From Chloroflexota bacterium (GTDB lineage Bacteria > Chloroflexota > UBA11872 > VXNJ01): a DNA stretch of 64,000 nt. How positions within the stretch are numbered: the stretch's first letter is position 1; each line of letters begins with the position of its first letter. The notes under the pieces are model-generated. The model searched no databases, had not been told where the DNA came from, and worked only from the letters and a program-made list of their open reading frames with translations. Where the stretch lies: the NCBI GenBank assembly GCA_965261345.1, contig OZ253449.1, positions 448,001 to 512,000 on the forward strand, given 5' to 3'. The position numbers and the translations under genes are program-made. Below are positions 37,122 to 46,207 of the stretch, one piece after another.

Positions 37122-38417
37122 ATGCCAAACGGCCGGCTGGCGATTTCCCGCCCGGGGCGGATCTCCGGCCAGATCGCCGTACCCGGAGACAAATCAATAA
37201 CCCACCGCGCGGTGCTGCTCAATGCGCTCTGCGCCGGCCAGGCGCATATTTCGGGCGCCGGGTTGGGTGCCGATTGCCGCTCGACCATCGACTGCATTCG
37301 CTCGCTTGGCGCCGAAGTCGTAATCGACGGTTCCTCGGTCACGGTTTCCAGTCCCGGTTTTGCCGGCCTGAGCGAGCCGCGACGACCGCTAGATTGCGGC
37401 AACTCGGGCACGACAATACGGCTACTGCTCGGCCTGCTGGCGGGCAGCGGATTTTTCTCGGTCCTGGTCGGCGATTCGTCGCTGTCGGAACGGCCGATGG
37501 GCCGGGTGGCGGCGCCACTGCGCGCGCTCGGCGCACTCATTTACGGTCGCGGGGGTGGCGAACGGGCCCCAATGGTCGTCGATGTGGCCACCTTGACCGG
37601 GGATGAGATTGCGGTCCCGGTGGCCTCGGCCCAAGTCAAAAGCGCGCTGTTGATAGCCGGGCTTTTCGCCCGCGGCCAAACCCGGATCCGGCAGCCGGCC
37701 CAGTCACGTGACCACACCGAGCTCATGCTTGCCCAAATGGGGGTCCAGCTCGAAATTGATGGTCCCGTTGTCGCCATATCCGGCGGGCAGCCGCTGCATT
37801 CGGTGAACGTTTCCGTCCCGGCTGATTTCTCCTCGGCCGCCTATTGGTTAGTTCTCGGCGCAACCCACCAGCAGGCCGAGATCGAGCTGCTCAACATCGG
37901 ACTCAACCCCACCCGCGCCGGGGCGCTGGCGGTGCTCGAGCGGATGGGAGGGCAAATCACGCGCCATCTCCGCCCGGGCACGGGTGAGATCGCCGGGGAT
38001 CTGCATGTCTGTAGTAGCCGGCTTACCGCCACTGCCATTGGCGGAGCCGAGATCCCAATAATCATCGACGAGATTCCGATCCTGGCGGTCGCTGCCACCC
38101 AGGCCAGCGGAACCACCGTCATCTCTGACGCCGCCGAACTGCGAGTCAAGGAATCAGACCGCATCGCCGCCACGGTTGCCAATTTGCGGGCGCTGGGCGC
38201 CACCATCGAGGAAACTCCCGACGGAATGATCATCGAGGGCCCGACCCGGTTATCCGGGGCCCAGCTGGACTCTTACGGCGATCATCGGGTGGCGATGGCC
38301 ATGGCGGTAGCCGCCAGCATTGCCGACGGAGAAAGTCAGTTGAGCGGGGCCGGAGCGGTCGGCGTCTCCTATCCGGATTTCTTCCCCACGCTGGGCAAAG
38401 TCGCCCTCGATTGCTAG
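37122..38417 (+). CDS. aroA: EPSP synthase
   Basis: VPGDKSITHRA, DCGNSGTT, ASAQVKSA, RDHTE, RVKESDRI, DHRVAM. Confidence 0.96.
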   Translation: MPNGRLAISRPGRISGQIAVPGDKSITHRAVLLNALCAGQAHISGAGLGADCRSTIDCIRSLGAEVVIDGSSVTVSSPGFAGLSEPRRPLDCGNSGTTIRLLLGLLAGSGFFSVLVGDSSLSERPMGRVAAPLRALGALIYGRGGGERAPMVVDVATLTGDEIAVPVASAQVKSALLIAGLFARGQTRIRQPAQSRDHTELMLAQMGVQLEIDGPVVAISGGQPLHSVNVSVPADFSSAAYWLVLGATHQQAEIELLNIGLNPTRAGALAVLERMGGQITRHLRPGTGEIAGDLHVCSSRLTATAIGGAEIPIIIDEIPILAVAATQASGTTVISDAAELRVKESDRIAATVANLRALGATIEETPDGMIIEGPTRLSGAQLDSYGDHRVAMAMAVAASIADGESQLSGAGAVGVSYPDFFPTLGKVALDC

Positions 38418-39760
38418 CCCGCTATGCGGTAATCGGTCAGCCTATTGGCCATTCGCTGTCGCCGCCAATGCACCGCGCGGCGCTGTCGGCGGCTGGCATC
38501 AACGCAGATTATGTAAAGCTTGAGGTCGCCCCCGGCGAACTTCCAGGCCGCCTGCAGGAATTGCGCGATGGCCGCTGGGCCGGGTTCAACGTGACGATAC
38601 CGCATAAGTTGGCCGCCCTTCAGCTGGCTGACGATCCCGACCCCCAGGCATTGCGATTGGGGGCGGCCAACACCCTCTGGACCGAACGCGGTCGGATCCG
38701 TGCGGCCAACACCGATTTCCAGGCGATAAACGAGATTCTCGCCGCCAATCAGATCGACCGATCGGCGGCGGTGGCGATTGTCGGGGCCGGCGGGGCGGCC
38801 CGCGCCGCCCTCCTGGCGGTGGTCGAATTCGGTTCGATTTGCCTGCTCAACCGCACGCCCGCAAGGGCCTTGACCCTGGCCGACGAACTGTGCCCAAAGG
38901 CCGTCGCCCTGGACCTTGCCAGTCCGGCGGCGTGGGCGGCGGCGGCCAATGCCGACCTAATAATCAACGCGTCCAGCGTCGGCATGACCGGGGGGCCGGC
39001 GCCTGATCGGTCACCGCTACCGGACAGCTGCTTCCACGCCGGGCAGGTGGTAATGGACATGGTCTACCGCCCGTTACAAACCCGGTTGCTGGCCGACGCC
39101 GGCAACTGTAACGCCCAAGTAATCGATGGGCTGAGTATGTTGGTCGCGCAGGGCGCGGCTAGCTTCTTCATCTGGACCGGCCAGCAACCCGACGTGGCCG
39201 CGATGCGCGCGGCGGTTACCCTCGGCGGACGGCCCGCGAAACGGATCTGGTTGGTCGGTCTATCCGGCGCGGGTAAATCGACGATCGCAAGGCGCCTGGC
39301 CGAAATGCTGGGTTGGCATGCCATCGACAGCGACCAATTGATCCGCCAGCGGCTGGGAATGGACATACCGGAAATAATGGGCAAGTTCGGCGAACCCTAT
39401 TTCCGACACCTCGAACGGGAGCAAGCCTCGCGCGCGTCGAACGCTGATCGGGCCGTAATCGCCACCGGCGGCGGACAGATGCAGATCGACGGAATGCGGG
39501 ACCTGATGTTGGAATCCGGCCTGGTCGTTTACCTGCGCGCCAGCCCGGAAACCTGTGCCCGTCGACTGGCGCCGGTCCTTGCCAGCGAACACCGCCCGAT
39601 GCTGGCCGGCCCCGAGCCACTCACCGAGCAGATCGCGGGATTGCTGGCGGCGCGCAGGAAAATATACGAATCCGCCCACCGCTGGTTGGATGTCGACGAT
39701 GTCGGTCCCGACCAGGCCGCGCTGGCACTAAGGGAGATGCTGCTTGCTCACTCAAGCTGA
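38411..39760 (+). CDS. aroE: Shikimate dehydrogenase / shikimate kinase fusion (AroE-AroK)
   Basis: N-terminal HSLSP.MH, NVTIPHK, ANTD, GAGGAAR; C-terminal GLSGAGKST, GEPYFR, IATGGG, RPML. Confidence 0.9.
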   Translation: MLARYAVIGQPIGHSLSPPMHRAALSAAGINADYVKLEVAPGELPGRLQELRDGRWAGFNVTIPHKLAALQLADDPDPQALRLGAANTLWTERGRIRAANTDFQAINEILAANQIDRSAAVAIVGAGGAARAALLAVVEFGSICLLNRTPARALTLADELCPKAVALDLASPAAWAAAANADLIINASSVGMTGGPAPDRSPLPDSCFHAGQVVMDMVYRPLQTRLLADAGNCNAQVIDGLSMLVAQGAASFFIWTGQQPDVAAMRAAVTLGGRPAKRIWLVGLSGAGKSTIARRLAEMLGWHAIDSDQLIRQRLGMDIPEIMGKFGEPYFRHLEREQASRASNADRAVIATGGGQMQIDGMRDLMLESGLVVYLRASPETCARRLAPVLASEHRPMLAGPEPLTEQIAGLLAARRKIYESAHRWLDVDDVGPDQAALALREMLLAHSS

Positions 39761-40835
39761 TGGGATAACTCCCGAATATGTGGCAATCGGCGAAGGCAAC
39801 TTGGACGATCTGGGCAGTGAGCTGGGGCACCGTTCGGTCCCGGTTACCACCGCTTTTCTGATCGGGGACAGAGCCGTTGACGCAATTTACGGCGGGCGCG
39901 CCGCAGCTTCCCTGGAAACGGCTGGTTGGCGGGTCCGGCGGCGGGTGATCGCTGCCGGCGAAGCGAGCAAATCTCTGGCCGTGGCGGCCGATCTGTGGCA
40001 GTGGCTGCTGGCCGAACGGGCCGAGCGCTCCGACCTGCTGGTCGCCCTGGGCGGTGGCGTAATCGGCGATCTGGTCGGGTTTGTGGCTGCAACCTGGACC
40101 CGTGGAGTGGCCTGGGCCCAAGTTGCCACCACTCTATTGGCCCAGGTTGATTCGAGCATTGGCGGAAAGGTGGCAATCGACCTCAGCGGCGGGAAAAACA
40201 TGGTCGGGGCCTTCCACAACCCGGTCCTTTCGCTGCTGGATATTTCCACCCTCCAATCGCTGCCGCAACGCGAGTTGGCGGCCGGTTGGGCGGAGGCGAT
40301 CAAACACGGCCTCATCCGCGACGACGCCTATCTGGCTGAACTGGAGCGCGATCTACGGGATCTACGGGATCCGGCGATGCTCGATCTGGCGGTGCGCAGC
40401 TCGGTCCGAATCAAGACTGAGGTCGTGGTCAACGACCCGTTCGATCGCGGCCTGCGGGCGGTACTCAACTACGGTCACACTGTCGGGCACGCGATCGAGG
40501 CCCTAGGAAATTACCAGCGGCATCGCCATGGCGAGGCGGTGGCGATCGGCATGGCCGCCGCTGGCGCAATATCCGTCCAGGTAACCGGCATCGATCCCGC
40601 GGCGATCGAACGTCAAAGCGCCCTGCTTAGCCGCTGCGGGTTGGGGCTTTCGGCCGATGGGTTCGCCGGGACCGACATCCTTAACGCGCTGCGGACTGAC
40701 AAAAAAACCGCTGGCGGGCAAGCCCGCTGGGTGCTGCTCGAACGCGCCGGCGAGGCTAGTGCTGGACATGTGGTGGATGACGCCATCGTCGCCGCGGCGC
40801 TGACCAAGATCGGCGCCGGCCCGGTTGGCCCATAG
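39744..40835 (+). CDS. aroB: 3-dehydroquinate synthase
   Basis: GEASK, GGGVIGDL, TTLLAQVDSSIGGK, LNYGHTVGHAIE, HGEAVAIG. Confidence 0.96.
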   Translation: MLTQADGITPEYVAIGEGNLDDLGSELGHRSVPVTTAFLIGDRAVDAIYGGRAAASLETAGWRVRRRVIAAGEASKSLAVAADLWQWLLAERAERSDLLVALGGGVIGDLVGFVAATWTRGVAWAQVATTLLAQVDSSIGGKVAIDLSGGKNMVGAFHNPVLSLLDISTLQSLPQRELAAGWAEAIKHGLIRDDAYLAELERDLRDLRDPAMLDLAVRSSVRIKTEVVVNDPFDRGLRAVLNYGHTVGHAIEALGNYQRHRHGEAVAIGMAAAGAISVQVTGIDPAAIERQSALLSRCGLGLSADGFAGTDILNALRTDKKTAGGQARWVLLERAGEASAGHVVDDAIVAAALTKIGAGPVGP

Positions 40836-40901
40836 AATTTTTCCACCCGGTGCCGGCCACCCGGCCGGTGCCCCAACCCAGCCAACATTGGACATGACTC
40901 A

Positions 40902-41726
40902 TTGGAGCAACTAGGCGCGTTCCTGGCCATCGTGATTGCCCTGTTGGGGGCTTTTACGGCCGCTCTCTGGGTGGCCGCGATATTTTGGGCCTTCAATGAC
41001 GTGCGGGCGCGAACCCTCGACATTTACGTCCGGCTTTTCGCCACCCTGTTGGTGGCCCTCCTGGGACCGATTGGGGTTGCCCTCTACCTGATCCTGCGCC
41101 CGGCCGAAACCCTGGACGAAGTGTATGCGCGGGCGCTCGGCGAGGAAGCCCTGCTGCGCGAGTTAAATTCTTCCGCCACCGGTTCCACCCGCGCGACGCC
41201 CACCTCGCCCGGGCCTCTACTGGTGACCTACCGTGGTCACAGCCCCGAGGTCGACCCCGAGGCCTATGTGGCCCCCGGCGCGGTCCTAATCGGCCGCGTC
41301 AAATTGGAACGCGGGGCCAGTGTCTGGTACAACGCGGTCATCCGAGCAGATCACGAACCGATCACGATCGGGGCCGATTCCAACGTCCAGGACGGGGCAG
41401 TATTGCACATTGAGCATGGCCTGCCGGTGGTAATCGGCAAAGGGGTCACGATCGGCCACGGCGCCATCGTGCACAGCGCCATCGTCAAAGACGGGGCCTT
41501 GATAGGGATGGGAGCAACGGTCTTGGACGGGGCCCGTATCGGTGAACGGGCCGTGGTGGGCGCCAACGCCTTGGTCACCCAGAACACCACCTGCCCGCCC
41601 GAAACGCTCATGCTCGGCGTGCCGGCCAAGCCAATGGCGATGGTAAAGGCGGAACAGATCGAATACCTGCGGCGCAATGCCGCCAACTACGTGGCGCTTG
41701 CCCGCGAATATGAGTCCGATCAATAG
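40902..41726 (+). CDS. Two-TM membrane domain fused to gamma-class carbonic anhydrase
   Basis: Two hydrophobic helices in the first ~65 aa; then hexapeptide domain with VIRAD, NVQDGAVLH, IGHGAIVH. Confidence 0.85.
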   Translation: MEQLGAFLAIVIALLGAFTAALWVAAIFWAFNDVRARTLDIYVRLFATLLVALLGPIGVALYLILRPAETLDEVYARALGEEALLRELNSSATGSTRATPTSPGPLLVTYRGHSPEVDPEAYVAPGAVLIGRVKLERGASVWYNAVIRADHEPITIGADSNVQDGAVLHIEHGLPVVIGKGVTIGHGAIVHSAIVKDGALIGMGATVLDGARIGERAVVGANALVTQNTTCPPETLMLGVPAKPMAMVKAEQIEYLRRNAANYVALAREYESDQ

Positions 41727-42012
41727 GGCCGGCCCACCGGCGCATGGAAGCATCCACGTCAGGGTGCTTTTCTTTGCCCAGATTGCCGAACTGACCGGCT
41801 GTCGCCAGCGGGAATTTGCGGTCCCTGGCGGTTCAACCGCCGGCGAACTTTTCCGGCAGATCGCAATTGTGTACCCCGGCGTCGGCCAGCTCAAATCCTC
41901 ATTGCGGCTGGCTTTAAATTGCCAGTTCGTCGGAGATGACCAGCCGCTGGCCGACGGCGATGAATTCGCCCTCATTCCACCGGTCAGCGGCGGCTCCGAC
42001 GCTGCGGGTTGA
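41710..42012 (+). CDS. moaD: MoaD/ThiS-family sulfur-carrier (ubiquitin-like) protein with residues after the GG
   Basis: VRVLFFAQIAE, LADGDEFALIPPVSGG followed by SDAAG-stop. Confidence 0.8.
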   Translation: MSPINRAGPPAHGSIHVRVLFFAQIAELTGCRQREFAVPGGSTAGELFRQIAIVYPGVGQLKSSLRLALNCQFVGDDQPLADGDEFALIPPVSGGSDAAG

Positions 42013-42700
42013 ACTCCATGCTCACACCTGGTGGTCGGGAGACTGCGGGGTTCGCCCGTTGGATTTATGTACAGCTGCCCGCGACGCCGGCTTGGGTGCG
42101 ATCGCGGTAACCGATCACAATCAGATCGATGGCGCCTTCGAAGCCGCCGACTGCGGAATAATCCCGGTCATCATTGGCGAGGAGATACGCACCGCCGAGG
42201 GCGAGCTGCTGGCCTATTTCTTGAGCGATTGGATCCCGCCGGGACTCTCGCCCCAGGAGACGATCAGCCGGATCCGTGAACAGGGCGGCATCGTTTCCAT
42301 CCCGCACCCCTTCGACCGCGCCCGAAATTCAACCATGGCCCAGCACCTACTCCCCGAACTGGCCGGCCAACTGGACATGATTGAGGTATTCAACTCGCGC
42401 GTAATTGACCAGTCCCACAACCAGAACGCTATGCGACTGTGCCAAGACCACGATCGAATCGCAGGGCGGTCGGATCTGACGCCCACACCCGGGGCGAGGT
42501 CGGGGTCAGCTGGCAGGACATCGACGGGTTCGCCGGCCCCGATCAGTTCCTAAGGGCGATGGCCGGGGCCAACCTAAACACCCACATCTCCTCACCGCTG
42601 GTGCGCCTGGCATCGAATTGGCAGAAGGTGCGCAAGCGGATATTTGGCCCCGACGTCACCGGCGACGGCCGCCGCGAGGCCCGGACTGCGCCGTCCCTGA
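41960..42700 (+). pseudogene. PHP-domain metal-dependent phosphoesterase, frameshifted (real or sequencing error)
   Basis: ELHAHT, AVTDHN, GEEI, IPHPF, IEVFNSR in one frame; GSDAH and C-terminal helix in the -1 frame after about 42465; start and end uncertain. Confidence 0.7.
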
Positions 42701-43320
42701 ATCTAGAGCCAGCGAAGATCAATCCAGCCCGTAACTACGGGCCTAGATGTCAAATCAAGGGATCGGGACGATACTGGGGGCGTCCAGATTGTTGCTCCGG
42801 CACCACCACCGAGTTCGCCTCGCTCAGGCCACCACCCGGTAGGTATGGCACAGCGGGATTTGGTAAGGGACAGTTCGATTGGTTTCCCGATGAAGGGAAG
42901 ACAGTGCTTTCGTCGGGGAAACTTTTTGCGCCGTGTCGGCACCAGGATAGGTGACCAAGAGGACCGACCGGAAACCGGCCGCAGGCTCTACCCGCGGCGC
43001 TGAGTCGCACTGGTTCGGCGTCGGTCTCACTCTTCAAGGGCCGGTAGGTTGTGGTGGCCCTGATGTCATCTCGGGTTTTGCCTCGACAAGAGTGCGCATG
43101 CTGAGAGGGTGGCAACGCAAGAAACAGGCATTCGTCTACCACCGGGCGGCGGCGGTTGCATGGGCATGGACCCCGCTGTTGGCCGGCTCCGCGAGTTGTC
43201 CTTGCACCTTGGCATAGCGTACGCGATCCACCGTCTCACTTAGGAAATGGGCGGGACCGCGAACGGTGTTGGCGCGGCCGGCCCCGCGCTCTCAGGTGTA
43301 GTCGCAAAAAGAGGGGGCGG

Positions 43321-43531
43321 GTACGAAGCGCGAGCATGCCCGAAACGGGCCGCAGGGACCCGTTGCGCCCGACTACCCACCCAGAGCTACTCGCCCCAAC
43401 GGCTCCGCCGCCCGAAACGCCCACCGCTTGCAAAGGGTGCACGAGGCTCAAGCGAAAGCAGCACTGGATTTCTTTGGGCGGGGGATTCGTGTACGAAGCC
43501 GCATGCCCGAAACGGGCCGCAGGGACCCGTT
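43321..43531. repeat. Two direct copies of a 31-bp sequence (43334-43364 and 43501-43531), each preceded by GTACGAAGC
   Basis: GCATGCCCGAAACGGGCCGCAGGGACCCGTT read at both positions. Confidence 0.85.
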
Positions 43532-43764
43532 CGCGTTCGCCCAACCGTCGCCACAACTTGCCACAACTTGCCATTGCCTTCAAGGCAATACCAGAACTCT
43601 TCGACGGTGCGATGCGCCACCGCCATCGACACGCGATTGGGGCCAAGAGTGCAATGGACCATGCTGGCGCGTTCGCTGGCCGCCAGCTCTCGGATCTCGG
43701 ACCCATCCGGCGCCAAGACATCGTACTCAGGCGGCAGGGTTAGGTGGTCGAAGCGATCTGCCAT
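43490..43764 (-). pseudogene. Cupin-domain protein, disrupted
   Basis: LAPDGSEIR, SMVHCTL, AVAHRTVEEFWY.LEG.GKLW cupin motif 1; 10-bp tandem duplication CCACAACTTG x2 (43551-43570) shifts the frame. Confidence 0.7.
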
Positions 43765-43792
43765 CCGAGAACCAATTGGCGCTGGCGGGCGG

Positions 43793-44793
43793 TCAATTGG
43801 GGCTCAGGATTAGCGGCACAACGGCCCGCGGCGGTGGGTAACCTTCGCCCTCGGACACGTCCCCTTCGAAGACCTCAATCGAGGCGATCTGGGGTTCGGC
43901 AACTTTGTATACAACCGTGAACTGGGAGTTCGCTGGGCCATCGTAACCGCCCTCGCTGGTGTGCCCGCTGGAGATAACTTCACCGCTGCGCGCGAGTAAT
44001 TGCCACTGGACGTTCGATTCAAAAGTTCGTGAACAACCGCGGACTGTAAACCCACTTTTCACTTCCGTTCCGCCGACCGGCAGCCGAACGATGACCAGGG
44101 AGGCGTCGGGCAATCCCCCGTTACATCCGAATTCAACATCGCTAACCGGGTTCTCCTCCACAAGCGATCCCTCCGCGAGCCGGAATGTTCGGTTCTCCGG
44201 GCGCGTGGGCGTGGCGGCATACGGATCGTCGTCAAAGCGGTCCAGGATCGCAACCGTTATGGTTCGGTGGCGGAATGCGACACTCTCGATCCGGAAGCGG
44301 TCCCCGAGGAAGGCGGTGCCGAGGTCGCAGAGCCCGTCGTCCTGGTCCACCAAGGCATGCAGGTGGTAGAGCGTGCCGCTGCCGCCGGGGTTTGCGATGG
44401 TCACTGCCGCGGCGTCGAAACCGTCACTGCCGTCGATATCACCGATCGCCCACTTGCCGAGACTGATCGTCATCCCCCCATCGACAAGCGCGGTCGTGCC
44501 CGACTCGGTGTTATCGGTAAGATGGGTCGCCTGTGCAAGTTCGGCCCCGGTCGGATATTGAGGGCCAGCCGGGCCGCCGCCGCCATCGGTCAATTCGGAG
44601 TCCGGTTCGAGAGCGGGAGCGATGGGTGCCGTCGCGGGTTTCTGGACCGCGGCCGGGCACTGCCGCGGTTCGACACTGGCCTCTTCAGTCTGGACAAAAG
44701 GGTTGCACGCACACGGAGTGCGACGCCAAGCAGAAGCGCGATCATAAGCCAAAAGTGGCCTGCGGGAAGAGATTTCGGAATCGCATTATTCAT
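43793..44793 (-). CDS. Secreted or lipoprotein with C-terminal Gmad2-like Ig domain; frameshift in the signal-peptide region
   Basis: Signal-like MNNAIPK..FWLMIALLLGVA in one frame, CACNPF and the body in another (junction about 44705-44720); C-terminal VRGCSRTFESNVQWQL...IEVFE. Confidence 0.6.
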
Positions 44794-44848
44794 GCCAGTT
44801 AGCCTCTACCCCATTAACGGCGAACCCCGCCATCGGACGCAGTCCGCC

Positions 44849-45988
44849 TTACGACACCAAGTGCGCCTGGAGCACGTCCTCGTCGAACTCGACTCCCAGC
44901 CCGGGGCCGGTGGGCGGGGTGATGACCCCGTTTTCCACGATCAGCGGCTCCTTGAAGATCTTTTTGTGCAGGGGCCCCACGTTGGCTTCCTGAATCAGGA
45001 AATTTGGTGAGCAGGTATCGATCTGGATCGCCGCCGCGGCGGCCACAGGCCCGCGGTACATGTGCGGCGCGATCATCGCGTAGTGCGCCTCGGCCATGCC
45101 CGCGATCTTTTTCGCCTCCGTGATGCCCCCGCACTGACCGACGTCGAGCTGAATGATCTGCGCGGCCTGTTGCTGGAGCACGCGCGCGAACTCGTACTTG
45201 GTGACCAGGCGTTCGCCGGTCGCGATCGGGATGCTGGTGTGAGCGGCAACGCGGGCCATCTCCTCGACGTTCTCCGGCATCACCGGCTCCTCAAACCAGA
45301 ATGGATGGTACGGCTCTAGGTAGTTGGCAACGCGGATCGCGCTATAGGTTGGCATCTGGCCATGGGTTCCGATCCCGACCTCCAACTGATTGCCGACCGC
45401 CTTGCGAATGCTCTCGAATATCTTGGCTGCGTGCTCGATCTCCCAGAGCGCGATGTCGCGGATGGGATGGAGGGGCATAAAAGGGTCGACCTTGCAGGCG
45501 GAGTTGCCCTCGGCCAGGAGTTGCAAGGCGACGTCGCCGGCCTTCTCAGGGTGCTTGTCAAAACCGTCGCTGGGCATGTACGCGTAGGCGCGCAGCTGCT
45601 CGTGATAACGGCCGCCAAGCAGGTTGTATATCGGCTGATTGGCAGCCTTGCCGGCGATGTCCCACAGCGCCATGTCTATCGCGCTGATCACAGGGGTCGA
45701 ATAGAGGCTGGGGTGGCGCAGATCGTGGCGAGTGCCGTACATGCGGTCCCAGATCAGCTCGATGTTGAGCGGGTTTTCGCCCAGCACGAACTGGCCTACG
45801 AACTCCTCGATCAGGGTGACCTGCGACTTCAGATCGCCGGGATGGTTGGAGTATGAACTGCCGGCGATGCGCTCACCGATCCCGGTGATTCCTTCATCGG
45901 TCTGGAGTTCGAGGAAGAGGAAGTACCGGCCGCCGATGTAGGGCGGTTCTGCCTCGACGACCATCGTCTTGAGCTCAGTGACTTTCAT
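44849..45988 (-). CDS. Mandelate racemase/muconate lactonizing enzyme family protein (acid-sugar dehydratase-like)
   Basis: SAIDMALWDIAGK..QPIYNLLGG, KVDPF, WFEEP, IATGE, PTGPGLGVE. Confidence 0.9.
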   Translation of the reverse strand: MKVTELKTMVVEAEPPYIGGRYFLFLELQTDEGITGIGERIAGSSYSNHPGDLKSQVTLIEEFVGQFVLGENPLNIELIWDRMYGTRHDLRHPSLYSTPVISAIDMALWDIAGKAANQPIYNLLGGRYHEQLRAYAYMPSDGFDKHPEKAGDVALQLLAEGNSACKVDPFMPLHPIRDIALWEIEHAAKIFESIRKAVGNQLEVGIGTHGQMPTYSAIRVANYLEPYHPFWFEEPVMPENVEEMARVAAHTSIPIATGERLVTKYEFARVLQQQAAQIIQLDVGQCGGITEAKKIAGMAEAHYAMIAPHMYRGPVAAAAAIQIDTCSPNFLIQEANVGPLHKKIFKEPLIVENGVITPPTGPGLGVEFDEDVLQAHLVS

Positions 45989-46207
45989 CGCGCCCCCCGT
46001 CGCCGCCCGGGAATGCCAGTCTCCCGGTAGCGCGGCTCGAATCCGATCTTAACTAAGGTACAGGGGTAGCAGCGAGGATGAGGACCGGAGTTTTTGCCCT
46101 GGTGCGGCGACCACGTTTACCTGCCGCCCCAAAATGACCAAGGCGCTAACGGCAGATCGGTGGGAAAGGCCCATCAGATTAAAGGACCAACCGGGTCATT
46201 GCCGGAA

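Noticed and set aside
40350-40371. 9-bp tandem repeat GATCTACGG in aroB
   Set aside because: In-frame (DLRDLRD), two copies, no sign of phase variation
43321-43531. 31-bp repeats as a CRISPR array or group II intron domain V (AGCCGCATGCCC-GAAA)
   Set aside because: Only two copies with a 136-nt gap and no cas genes; the 3' strand does not pair back as domain V requires and no RT gene is present
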